Origin: Geosiphon pyriformis uo1
Lineage: Eukaryota > Fungi > Glomeromycota
Length of the DNA: 64,000 nt
Direction of reading: 5' to 3'
Assembly (NCBI GenBank): GCA_016748015.1
Contig: JAAOMT010000128.1
Location: forward strand, 1,619,538-1,683,537
Shown: piece by piece, positions 24,369 through 38,400 of the stretch
Layout of the letters: each line of letters starts with the position of its first letter
Numbering within the stretch: position 1 is the stretch's first letter
The notes under the pieces: model-generated
Seen by the model: the letters and a program-made list of their open reading frames with translations, nothing else
Databases searched by the model: none
What the model was told of the DNA's origin: nothing
Program-made: the position numbers and the translations under genes

Positions 24369-27300
24369 GTGGCAAAATCAAAAATAGTAGTAACAAACTA
24401 TTTAAGATTTACTAAATCTTTATTTTAACAATATTAACAACAATTAAGATTAACCAACAACTATTTTCTAGTTAATCAGTTTTCAATTTTTACATTAATA
24501 AGAGAATTATATATTTTCTAGGAAAACAAGCAAATTCTGAATTAGCAAAAGGAAATTTTTACAATAAATTACTTTAATACACTAGTTTACTACTAAATTA
24601 CAATTTTGTTATAATTATTACTAAAATTAATTGTAAAATTAAAAAATATATTCAGCAAAAGTTTCCAATTATATTTACAAACAAAGACAAAACAAAATAC
24701 AAACACCAGCAAACACATCTAAAACAATATAACCACTTAATTAAAAAAAACTCAAAGTTGTTTTCTTAATACATTTATTATACTATTATATATTAAAAAG
24801 TACTATTAATATATTATCAGGATTCATATTATTATCTACAGTAAAATCAACTGTTACAAGAGTTCTATTTTAAAACAATTAAAAGAAATCTAAACTATTA
24901 AAAACCTACAGTAATTATTTTAAAAGATTTAAATTATAACTAACAATTTTATTAGAACTTTAATTATTGCCACTTCAACTTAATTTTAGATTTATTAGTA
25001 ATTAAACAGAAACCAAATCAAAAGAAAAAAAAACAATAATCAAAAAATTAATAATTAAAACCTAATTCCAAATAATTCAAAAGTCTAAATTCTGATTATT
25101 CAAACTCAGCAAAACCTAAAAAATTCAAATTTACTTCTTATTATTTAATAAAACTTATCTTTAGTTATCCAAATTAATTCACTACTAGTTGCACTAATTG
25201 CTGTCTTTTTACAATTATAATAACAACTACTAGTATTAATGACATATATATCAATTGCCAAATTAGAAAACTTCATCAGTAAAAAACAATAACATTCAAG
25301 CCTAATTGAATAATATAGTAAAAGCTATTACAGTCAATAAATAAAACAATATCAAAGCCTTTTAAGCAATTTTTTACTTTTTGTAAAATACCACAAACTC
25401 ATGATATTAAAGCCTAATAAACAAATCACAAGATTTTAACACATTTAAGATTATATTATTACAATATTTTAACAATTACAACAGCATCAACTGTCTGTTA
25501 ATTGGTTTTATTACTATTAAACAAGATGATACTAAAGCAGTTACTACTTACTTGAAATGTTTTTACAGAAATCTGTGCCAAATTTAAGCAATTAATGCTA
25601 ACTACTTTATAATATTACAAATTTTAAATTAATTTATTCATAAATTATACAGCAGTTTGTTATAATAAGTATATCTACTATACCTAAATATATTTCAAGA
25701 TGTAGTCATCTATGCCAAAAATTTCAAATTAGCTAAGCTTGAAGCTAATTATGTCCAAGCTGTAAATCTAGTAATAAATGAATTATTTGAATTAAATATC
25801 AAGTTGAAACAATTTGGCAAAACAATTAATCAGAAAATTGAGAAATACTTAATTAGCAATCAAACAATTTATCAATTTTTTCAATGTTGTGATCATCAAG
25901 AAGTCTTTAATTAATTTTAAAATTAGTTGTATTTATTATCATCAACTTCAGCAACTCAAAAATAATAGCAAAAACATGTATTTACCACTATTGTAATAAA
26001 TAAAAACATTTAAAAATAAACTATAGGACAAAATTAAATAATTAATAATTGAGAAATCAATATTAAAACCCTAATTACAGATTTTAAACTCCAAACTACA
26101 CCAACAATTCATTATTAGAACCATACTAATATTAACTATAATATGTACTAATAATACAACAGCCAATATATATACCTTCAATCTATTAAACTCTAATACT
26201 GGTAATTATTAAGTCTTATAGTTACCAGTTATTTATTAATTTTAATAAATTCAAATACTATTTCAAATTCTAATTCAATTATCAACTAAAAACCAAAGGC
26301 TAAAAGTTATGTATACTTAACAAAATTGGAGATTAACAATAGTTATGTACCAACTGCTATTTAGTTCTTCAAACCAGTCATTAAGATTATGTTAACAAAA
26401 TTTAGAAAATGAATATGCTCAAAATCCGAATTTTAGAACTATTTAAGTCTTCTGGTAATCTTAGAAATCACAATATTCAATTTGCTAAAAACCAATAACT
26501 AATTACTTATTAACAACATTTTATCAGCAACTATTATTAAAGACAAATTATTAGTTGCCATATTTTTCTTTAAGTTAAAAAACTTAATAGACATACTGCT
26601 ATTTAGTAAAATCATTCTTAATACTAAACCAATTACTGCTATATATACTAATATCAAAGTTAATGGTTATTTTATGAAACTCATTCTTAATAGTGGTTTA
26701 GCAGACAGTATTATTATTAGACAATTTATAAACCAATTAAATCATTAAGTTGATCATATTGCCAATACCAGAATTATTACTGTTAATAGAGTAACAAAAA
26801 TTTCTATTGGTAAAATTGTCAACTTTTTATTTGAAGTCAATAGTATTATCATGTCTATCAAAGTTTTAATAATAAAAGTTATATAATATCAAGCTTTTAT
26901 TAGTAATAATTGGCTGTTTAAAACCAATGCTGTATTTAACTGAAATACTCAAGAGTTCTAATTAACATTTGATGATTAGCATAATTAAGTATCTACTATT
27001 TGTAAATACTTTAAAGCTTTTTTAAGAAAGCAATTATTAATTGAGTTGGAAGAAAAAAAAATTACTTAGGAAGTTTACCAAGTTTTATGGGCCAAAAAAA
27101 ACACAATAAGTTATTACTAATACTTACTTGGAATAAAAAAAAAAAGAAAAAAAGGAAAACAAATCTTAAACCACCAACTTTATAAAAAAACCAGCAAATA
27201 ATTAGAGTATCTTATATTCAACATTAATATTAAAAAAACACTTATTCTATATTCTATTCAAGTAAATAAACTGTAAAAAAAAGCTTTCATCTATAAAAAC

Positions 27301-30300
27301 TTGTATATTATCCAAAAAAAATATGAAACATATATCTGTTACTATTGTAAAACATATTACTAGGAACAATTTGGATAACTAAAAAGACAAAACAAATAAA
27401 ACAATAAATTATGTCTCACTTGTAAAGAAACTCTACTTGATAAAAGAATATAGAATAACATTTCTAATTATAAAAGAATATGTAATACATTATATTAATA
27501 CACAATTTTCACTAATAATTAGAAAAGCAAAAAAACATTTTTCAATACTATATAGAATAGAGCTTTTTTATGTTTAGATGGTTATCTACATGATAAAAAT
27601 AAAATCTGGCAAATGGCAAGTGCTAAAATCAAAAATGTTTTACTTAATAAGATATTAGCAATCAAAAACAACCCACCAGAATCTATTAAAACCATTTTTA
27701 TTTCAAATTCAAACATCTTTGTTAACATTATAAATAATCCAAAACAATTCTATAAATATTATCAAAATCTAATATCTACTTAAAAAAAACAAGAGCAGTA
27801 TTTAAAACAATTAAATATTAGACTCTGTAAACATTGTTTAATTTCCAGTGATTTCAAATATTGTGACAATTGTGATTTTATTTACAATTTACTACTGCAC
27901 ATAATTTATTCAATCTCTAAAAAAAAAGAATTAATTAACAGTTATGCTTTAGAATTAGAATTGAAACTTAATTTCAATTAAACTTTAACAATAACAACAG
28001 TAATAATTCTTTCACAATAACAATAACAATAACAATAATTCAAATTTTAATAAAAACTTCAAATAATATATTATGCTTTTAGATCTTTTAATAGAACAAA
28101 AATTTAAATAATTTAATAATAATAACAAAAATATCATATCAGAATACATATATGATACTAATATAAAGTTTAATCTCAAATATTTTGAAAAAACTGCCAT
28201 CAAATTGAAATCTTATTTGTATATTAGCATAAATTTAAAATTAGCACTAAAAATTCTAGCAACAACAATAATACAATTAGCATCCAAATCTAGTTTAGTA
28301 AAAAAAAAGATTAATATTAAAGAAAAAATAATTAATACAGAATATATAAAAAATATTATTACAATACTACAAAATAAATCGAAAAAAGCATATATAATTA
28401 AACCAAATAAAAAAATAGCACAGGCAATATTTTTGCTTTTGGTAAAAATAACTTAATTAATATTAATAAAAATAAAATAAAAATTAGAAATAACAGCAAA
28501 AAAGATAAATAAATTTGGATTTATAAATAAAATAAAGATACCAGTTAATATAATAGAAAAAAAACAATTGGTTAGAAAGAAATTATCTTCATTTATTAAT
28601 CAATTTCTATTTTATTATATAACTAATATATATTAACTATTAAATAAAAAATAAAAAATCAACCTCAAATTTTTGAATAGACTATATTATTTGTAAATCA
28701 AGAAAAATTGCCATTATTAATCTCTATATACTAGCCAAAAACCATAAAAACATTAAAATTTTAATATATAATACAACTGAAAACCCAATAGAAATATCAA
28801 GTAAAACTATTATTAAATACTTAAAAACTAAAATTAAAGATTAATCACCAACAATCATTTCAAATTTTTCACAACTGTGTAGATATATGGACATTATATT
28901 ACAAACTATTTACAAACAAAAAGAATATTATTTGCTGCAACCAAATAATTAGAGCAAATAAATTTAAGAAACTTAGATCTATTCCAATATATACAAATTA
29001 AGCTATTACTTAACAATTTTACTGATATTTTTGTAAATAAAAATAAATTTGACAGAACTAACATTATTTAACACTAGGTTAAAACTAGAATACAATTTTA
29101 ATTAAACAAAAAGCATATTAAATACTACTTACTAACTATAAAATTATTTATTAAAAAATCAATCACATGTTAAACAATGGATTAATTCAACTATTAATAA
29201 GTTTATGATTATTATCAGTAGTATTTATCTAAAAAAAAATGGAAAGATTTGCTTTTATGTAATTATAAAAAACTTAACAGTATTACTTATAAAGACAGCT
29301 ATTTAACTCCACAAATTCAAAAATAGTTTTAACATTAAATTTAAATAGTGATTATTGACAAGTAGTCATAAATTCAGCCAACAAGAAAAAAACAGCATTC
29401 ACTATCAAAAAAAAACTTTGAATTTGATGTTATGCCTTTTGAATTAACCAATGCTCCAGTTACCTTTTGATAATTAATGAAAATTATTTATATTAAATTA
29501 TTATAGAAATCAATAATAATCTACTTAAATAACAAAAATGTGTTCTCCAAAATATTTAACAATTATTTTTACTATCTTTAGCAAGTATTTAAAAGATTAA
29601 AAAAAGCAAAATTAAAGTTAAATACTATTAAGTATTTTTTTGAAAAAACTAAACTCAAGTTTTTAGAACATGTCATAAGTAAAAACAGCATTAAAATAGA
29701 TTTAAATAAAATTAAGATAGTTAAAAACTTTTTAATATTAACCAACTTAATATAACTAAAAACATTCTTGGAATTTATTGGATATTATTACTATTTTATT
29801 TAAAACTTCTCCAAATTGGCTTAATTATTATATTAGTTTTAAGCAAAAAATATCAAGTATGAATAAATTAAAAAACAACAAAAAGCTTTTAATACATTAA
29901 GAAGAAAGTTCATTTAAGCTCTAATTTTAATCTACTTAAATCACAGCAAGTTATTTATTATTACTACTAATATATTAAGTCAAGTATTGAAAGCTGTATT
30001 ATCACAAAAAAAATTAAATAAATAAAAACATTCAATAGCATATGCCAGTCAAAATTTGAGTATAGCTAAAAAAAACTATAAAACTCTAACACTAGAATAT
30101 TTAGCTATTTTTTGGACTGTTATTAAATAAAAAGAATACTTAAGCCAAAAACTTAATATATATATTAACCACAAAAAATTGACATTAATTTAAAAGCAAA
30201 AATTTGGAAATAATTGTTATGCAAGATAGAAAATAAAACTATTATCATTTAATTATAAAGTACATTATAAAAATAAAAATACTAATAACTTATCATAAAT

Positions 30301-32413
30301 AAAACAAATTTAAAAACATTTCAATTCAAAAATATAACAAAAAATAAACACACAAAAATATTAACAACTCCAATATTATATTAATACTCAATAGTTTAAA
30401 AATAAATTATCTCAAAAAAAACAAAACAACATAAAACAGCAATCAAAATATTTTATTACTTATTAAAATATATTATATTAGAAATACAAAAAAATCTAAA
30501 CCAACTACTTAAAGTAATTACAAAACCAAAAAAAGAAAAAATACTGTTTAATATGTATTTAAATCTAACTGCAAAACATTTTTATAAAGAAGCAATCATA
30601 AAAAAAACCAGAAAAAGATACTATTGGCCATCAATATATCCAGATATTATCTAATATGTTCAAAATTATAATGTTTGTTAAAAAAAAAAACAAGATTCAG
30701 TAAACCACTAAAACCAATTAAAATAAGACAACTATTTGATTAGATTGAAATTGACTTAATAAAACCATTAATAATAATTAGCAAAAACAATTAATACATA
30801 ATAATAATTATAGATTATTATACAAAATAGCCAGAAGCTAAAGCCATTTAAAAAGCAAATGCAAAATTTATAACCAAATTCATATACCAGAATTTGATTT
30901 GTTAACATAAATGTTCAAAAAAATTGTTATTAAACCAAAAAACTCATTTTATAATTAAAACATTAACAGAATTAAGTTAAAAATTTGGAATTAAAAAACT
31001 ATTATTATCTTTATATTATTTATAAACAAATAGCTTAGTTAAAAAGTTTAACAGAATATTATACAAAACAATAACCAAGATTAATTAAAAAAACCAGAAT
31101 AAATAATATTTGTTTATACTATTAATATTATTTACTTATTAAACAATAAAGCAAGATATTATATAAGCAATATTATTTTAACTAGTCTATAATAGAATAG
31201 TAATATTATTAATTAAGACAGATATTAATACATACCTAACAGAACCAATAACAAAAGCCAACTTTCAAAAAACATTGCTAAAAAAAACATATAACTTAAT
31301 AAAAACTCTAAAAAACAAAAGATAAAAAGCAGTTAATAATATACAAAAATCACAAAAAAAATAAAAAAACAATATGACAACCAATTATCAAAAAAACCAG
31401 TCAAATTCAAGATTAAAAACAAAATATTTTTACATTGTACCAAAAAAAAAAAACAATAAAGTAAAAAATTTAACTCTAAATGAGACAATTTATTTTATAT
31501 TAAAAAAATTCTAGAAAATAAAATTTATAAATTAAGATAGAACAACAAAATTTTAACTAAAACAATACAAAGTAATTGGCTAAAACCATATTATAATATA
31601 GTATTATTATTCACTAATAATATTCTACAATTGAGAATACAAGAAATACTAGTCAAACCAAATAAAATTTCATAAAATTTGAAACCAATTATAATTATTA
31701 AAGAAAACATAAAAAGTAGATAAAATAAAAGTATATAAAAACACAGTATGTGTGACAAAAACAACAATAAAAAATAAAAATCTCAGACTACATTTATACA
31801 ATAGTACAACAATTGTTTTAAGCCATAAATTAACAACAATTAGACATAAAAATTATTATCAATTACTAAACAATTTGTTATAAAAACACAAAAAAAGAAA
31901 GAAAAACAAAAATTACTCTATATTAACAATTATAAAACCAAATAAAGTATTGATTAGATAAGATTATAAAAAAAGTAAAGAATACTTTTAGAAAAATACC
32001 AATTATTATTCTAACAGAAGAACTAACTAAAAAAAAAACTGAAAACTATGAACAAAATAACTTTCAATAGAATACTATTACTATTAATTGAGACAAAAGC
32101 TGAATATTTAGGAATTGTATATTAACAAATCCAAAAAATGTTTAATCAAAAAATAATACAATAGATTAAAGACTTTATTAAAAAAAAACAAGTTCAATAC
32201 TATATATTAAAACAATTTATTAGCCATCTATTATATTTCAAGATTATTTAAAAATACTATTATATTTAAAAATAGAAACAATAATTATTAACCAATAAGA
32301 AAAAATAACTAACTTTTAATTTAAAAACATAAGAACCAAAATTGACAAATAGTATTAGAAAAAGAAGTAATAAACTTAATTTAAAATAAAAATTTTAATA
32401 GAACTTAATGATA
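24369..32413 (+). pseudogene. Element C coding remnants: Gag-PR-Cys-rich-dUTPase-RT-RNH (to 30313), integrase (~30343-31720), accessory ORF (~31780-32413)
   Basis: Colinear with element B throughout (e.g. dUTPase ORF 28205-28456 IQLASKSSL...KKIAQAIF); very many stops from transitions. Confidence 0.8.
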
Positions 32414-32426
32414 AAAAAAGAGATAA

Positions 32427-33192
32427 TATTACTTATAAAAAAAAGTACATAAAAAAAATAGAAAAAACAGATTATAAAATAAACCAATAAAAAAATAATA
32501 CTCAATAAATAAACATATTTTTAGAAAATTATAATACATTTTTAAAAATAAGCACATTTTTAAAAAATAATATAAAAAAAAATAAAAATATGTAAAGTCC
32601 TATATAACATGAATTATGTATATATAGTAAAAATATTAAAAGCAGAAAAGACAAAACAGAAGCTAAAAACAAATAATTATCTTATACTTTTCTTTTTAAA
32701 AGATAGTTTTTCTATAACTTGAAATGGAATTATATTTATATAAATAAAATATTCAATTATTATTTAATTTATATTATTATTGCTTGATTAAAAATTTTTA
32801 TTACTTTTTTATTATTAACAATTTATGTTGATAGCATCTGATATTTAATTATATTGGACTAATAATTCTTGATTATAACTATTAATAGAATACTAATTTT
32901 TTACTTTTTTTTTATTTTTTTTATTTTGTTGTTATTAATTAATTTAGGAATTAAGCATTGAATAATTGATATCAAGAATAGCCTAATAAAAAACTCATAG
33001 AACAAGAGTAGAAAACTTAAAAATAGTTTATTAGAAAAACATAACTGTCAGATTAAACTAGCTATTATATTAAAAACATAAATTGGGAAAAAATCATCAA
33101 TTAAATTTCGGTTTATTATACAAAAAACTTAACAAAACTCTTTAAATTACAAAAACTTTTAGAAATTATTATTAGCAACAGTTATTAAGCAC
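32427..33192 (+). repeat. 3' LTR of element C, left part (the last 53 bp lie at 54185-54237)
   Basis: Follows PPT AAAAAAAGAGA-TAA; matches the 5' LTR up to TTAAGCAC and resumes after element B. Confidence 0.88.
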
Positions 33193-34052
33193 TGTTACTC
33201 ATAAAAATGAAAACAGATATAGAAAAATAGTAGGCCAATAAGAAAGTAGTAGTTAGCACGTGAGCACATTGTTCAGCAATATGAAGCAATATCAGAAATC
33301 ATAACACATCACTCAGCAATATGGAGCAATGTCAAGAAAATATGGCACATTGCTCAGCAATGTGAGCATTGTTTGAGAAATTATAGCACATTGCTCGAGA
33401 ATGTGAGTGATCTTGTAGAACCCAAATTATGTATATATAGTGGTAGCATTAGAAGTAAAAAAGACAGACCTTCTAGTTTAGATTTAATCTAAGCAATCTT
33501 TCCATTCACAAATATTAATAAATAATTATTCATTATCTTAATCCACTTTCCACTATTAACACTTCATGTTGATAGCAATTGATACTTAACTATACTGGAA
33601 CAATAGCTCTTGATCATGGCTATTAACGGAATACTAACTTGCAATTGCATTGGCTCATTTCTTCATTTTTTATTTTTTTTATTTTTTTTCTTTGATTTTA
33701 TTGTTGTGTACTAAATTAATTAAGAGAATTAAAGTGCTAAGTTACTAATGTCACAAATAATCTGGTAAAAAATCCAGAAATAAGAATAGAATTATATATA
33801 TTAACAGATAGCTTACCAAAAGGGCACAACTGCCAGATTAAACCAGCCATTACACTGAAGACAGAAATTGGGAAAACAACTTGAAGAAAACAACTTAAAC
33901 CAACCATAGTGAATCTCTGTCCATTATACAAAAAACTTGGCAACAAACCTTCAGATTCATTAAACTTTTAGATATTAACACCAGAATACCAAACCAGCAC
34001 TAAGTTATGGATTTGTTATTTGACTTAAGATCCCAAATAATCATCTGTAACA
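33193..34052 (+). repeat. 5' LTR of element B
   Basis: Direct repeat of 53321-54180; U3 tandem GCACATTGCTCAGCAAT units; TATATATA at ~33432. Confidence 0.95.
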
Positions 34053-34064
34053 TTTGGTGCTCCC
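34053..34064 (+). promoter_or_regulatory. Primer-binding site of element B
   Basis: TT-TGGTGCTCCC immediately after the LTR; TGG complements the tRNA CCA end. Confidence 0.8.
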
Positions 34065-34398
34065 TGTAAGATATAATCCTACAGAAAACCAGCACCAACA
34101 ACAATCATTTAAAAGTGGTAGAATCAGAAATTATAGGGACAAACCATTTAGGATTCGCCAAATTTTTGTTTCAACAGTACAGCCAACAATTAGAATTAAA
34201 CAATAATTATTTCCCAGTAAAATCAGCCTTTAACTTCTATGTCAATAATAAAATCACAGACTGCTTAGGAGGAACAGTTGACATTGAATCTGCAAGAGAA
34301 AACTTCTATACAGAATTATTTCAACATACCAGTTTACCAAAAAACTACAGTTTTGCACCAATCATCAAAGAAATCAATCAAACCATTAAAAGATACAC

Positions 34399-35390
34399 TG
34401 TTACCAGACGAAATTAGAGATATCATTGAGCATGAAACTATCTTATAATTCTTATCATTAATTAGCATATATTATCATTTCAAATTATTACTTATTACAT
34501 TAGCAAAAATGTCCGAAATTATTATTTAATTAATAACCCAAATTGTACACAACACAAATATAACTTAATTGTGATGATCAATCATGCAATACCCCGAACT
34601 ATGTAACATTCAAAAGTTCACCAAAATTTATAGAAATTTGCCAAAATAATTGATAGTTTACTGAAATATCTAATAGTTCACAGAAATAACTTGTAGTTCG
34701 CTGAAATGTATCTTTAGTTCAGCGAAATTGTAGAAAATAGCAAAGTTCAAGTTCATAGAATAGTGTTATGACAAGTTGTATAAAAAAAAGAGCTTCTTTC
34801 TTCGAGAAAATGTATCTTACTTTAGATTTATCACTTAGAACCATTTCTACACACACAAAAAGAAATAAATATCAGATAATTCAAAAAACCAAATTCTTTA
34901 AATTATTGCACTTGGAAAATCCTCAAAAACACAACTAACAGTTTGAAATTGATTAGCTACCAATTTCAGTAAACTGTTAAAACACTTCCAGGCCTGGATC
35001 CAAAATGACTTTAACAAATCAATTTCTCATTTCTTCTTTTTCTTTCTTTTTCTTTTATTTTCTTTTCTTTTATCATCATAATTATTAGGGTAGTCTACAG
35101 ACAAAATTTCTGTAGAAAAGTTGACTTTCACAGCAAAGTAACTATACATTTTAGTGAGCTTCCAGACAAGCAATTCCTGGAAAAGAGTTGACGTTTACTA
35201 CAATGTAACTACATAAAGTAACTGGCATGAAATTGGCCATTCTACTCATAAACCCAGCAGCTCAAATTATAAGAGATAATTTGAGGATAAATTCAGTTAC
35301 TGGAGGTTCAACTACATTTAGAAAATGTGAATTCACAGCAAACAAGCATCGACAATATTTAAGAAAAGAGACCAAAAACCTCTGGTAACA
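34399..35390 (+). repeat. 5' LTR of element A
   Basis: TGTTACCAGA...TCTGGTAACA (10-bp inverted termini); direct repeat of 44261-45252. Confidence 0.95.
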
Positions 35391-35403
35391 TTTGGTGCTC
35401 TCC
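35391..35403 (+). promoter_or_regulatory. Primer-binding site of element A
   Basis: TT-TGGTGCTCTCC directly after the 5' LTR. Confidence 0.8.
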
Positions 35404-35435
35404 CATGGAAATAACACAGCAACAACAAATTCAAA

Positions 35436-38400
35436 GTGGCGACTGCCTCAGACATCACAACCTTAGAGTACTATCAATTGATTTACACACACTGCAAACA
35501 ACAATTTGAAATACGTGACAGAATCATAGCTTTCAAGAAAACACTTTTTCAATACATCGAAAATTGAATCAATGACTACCTCTTTGGAAACTATAACATT
35601 ACAACAGTTAAAAGAGATCTTTTTGAGAACATACTACACTATTCCAACACTGAATCAGAAAACATTAGTGCTGAAGCTTGCACTACTTATTTTGAAGAAC
35701 TTGATTATAATATCATTTGATTCTGTGAAGAAAAATATCCTGCAAACACACAATTTGTCTTTGAACTCAAATCTGAACCTAAAACCAGTAGCAACAAAAG
35801 ACAAAGAGATAACCGACCTGTTCACATAACACCCAATACTCCCAAAATATTATTTAAACATTTACAAACACCTGAACAAAGAACCAGTTCAAAACTTCCA
35901 CTTACTATCACACCTTTTCCAGCTTCACTTGCACAAGCACAAACACCTAATTCACCTTTAAATCGATTTGCAAGACCAGAAGATTTTACATTACTCAGAA
36001 GTCCCACCAGACAACAAGAACCCCTTCAAACTAGTTCCAATCTCCTTGATTTTCTAGCTGAAAATCAAAGTGAACACTCTAAGACAGCAGCAAATGAAGA
36101 AAACAACTCTGAAATAACTAAAGAAGAATCAATAGACAGTGAAAATGAAGAAGACGAAATGACAACATACATCGCAAAAATCCCTGAATTCAATGGAGAA
36201 GATATTGAGACCAGTCCTCAAGAATGGCTCGACCAAGTTACTAAAGCTAGAGATGCAAATAGATGGAATACTGCCAGAATGTTAAGAACAATTCCCTATT
36301 TTCTCAAAGAAACAGCAGGAGAATGGTTTGAAAACCTTGCCACTCCATTTAATGATTGGAACACTTTCAAAACAGCCTTCCTTGAACAGTTCACTGACAA
36401 TAACACCTCCATCATTCTTCGCAATTGTTTTCGAAATATCAAACAAGAACCCTCCGAATCTATTATGACTTATATTGGGAAATTCAACAAACTTCTCAGA
36501 CAAATTCGCCAACTCGAGACAAACAATTATTATTCCAATGCTCAAATCTTGGATCAATTTATCGCTGGTCTAAAAGATAAACTAATTAAAAAGGTTCGCC
36601 CACATGTGCCAGAAGATTTAAACTCTGCCATACAGCATGTGAAAAGATATGAAATGGCCATAAAAGAGGCCAACCGCACAAAACTTGTAAATTTGGCAAT
36701 TGGAGAAACCAGCTCAGCAGCTGAGAAAAAAATTGACCAACTCACAAAGAAGGTTAAAAACTATTTTACCAATCAACAACAACAGCAACCCCAAAGATAT
36801 CAACCACTCCAAAGACAAAATCAAAATAACTTTGCACTACTTTCCAATAACCAGCCTCAGAATTGCCATTACTGTGGAATTTCTGACCACTGAAAAAGAG
36901 ATTGCAGAAAGCTACAATGAGACCAACAAAATAGGAGTAATCAACATTACCCTCCACTACAGCAATCTTATTATTAACCGCCACCACCAGCTTACTATCT
37001 ATCAAGACCCCAATATCAAAATAACTATCATCAGCCTGTCCCACAGCCAATCCCACAGCAATACCAATAACTGCTCACACAACATTATCAAGTACCTGCT
37101 CGAAGACTGCTTACACAAAATCAATTCACACCACAAAACTGATACCAAGCAAACAACAATAGAATCAGTTCAAACAACCAATTGGTTCCCCAAAATACCA
37201 CTCAACCAAGATCCAACCACTACCATACTCAACCCAGTTATTTAACAATGCCAGAAGAACAGGATTTTTACCATACTGCACTTTTGGAAGGTAGAGCTGC
37301 AGCACAACAACAAAACCCTTCCTATATTTCCACCACAATTCCATCAGCCAGAATCGCTGAAAACGCTAATCTTTCAGATATATTCCTTTTTAAGTTCGAA
37401 GCAAATGAGTCACCATTTCTGCTTAGCAATGCAGCCACCAATGAACAAAAAGCAATCATGGCCATGTACACTGAAGCCGAAATCGAAGGAAAGACAATTC
37501 GCTTGATCCTAAACAGTGGATCCACCGGAAGCATTATCACCTACCAGTTAATGCAACAGTTAAAAAGAAATGTTGACCGACCAGCTCAAACAGTAATCGT
37601 CACTGCTGATGGCATGAAAAAGACCCCAGTAAGAGAAATTGACAATTTTCTGTTCACTCTTGATGGAATCACCATTCCAGTCAAAGTTCTTGTAATGGAC
37701 GCACCCCAATACCAAGCTCTTGTCGGAAATGATTGGCTTCAAAAAGCCAATGCTAATCTGAATTGGGAAACACAAGAGTTAACAATCTCCTACCAAGGAC
37801 AACACACCTGGGTACCTGCCATTTGTGGTACATTCAACAAATGCTCTGAAAAAGCCCCGGCTTTTGAATTTGAACTGGAAAAGGAAAAACCTTTCATTGA
37901 AACATTCATGGCTCTTGGATCAACGTCCAACTGGGCCGATGAAACAGAACAAGAACATTTTACTCTGCACTCTAAACCTGAAACCTCTGAATGGAATATA
38001 TCTTACTCAAAACCCGAACCAAGGAAACAACGCCCCTATATTCCTCTTAAATGTAAGAACTGCCACAAGAAACTATCGTCAATGGGAGCCTGCATTTCAC
38101 CTAAAAAAAAATATAAGAATCATACTTGTTATTACTGCAAGGCTTGCCACAGAAAATGATAGGGCCATCTAATAAAAAGGAGTGGAAAATAGGACAACAC
38201 CTCTTGTTTGACTTGTGGAGATATGCTACTGGAAGAATGCAATTGGATTGATGTAGCCATGAGAGGAGGAGTCTGCGATCAGACCTGCCAATATGCTTTA
38301 TCAATTTCAGAAAAAGTAAAAAGAAGAACACCCTTTAATGCAGCATACAACAGTGCTCTCAACAAACTTTATCACTATTCCCATGATGCCGAAATGATTT

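Noticed and set aside
33737-33946. Minus-strand ORFs repeated in both B LTRs (also 53826-54074)
   Set aside because: Recurrence is explained by LTR duplication; the ORFs differ in length and have no recognisable motif.
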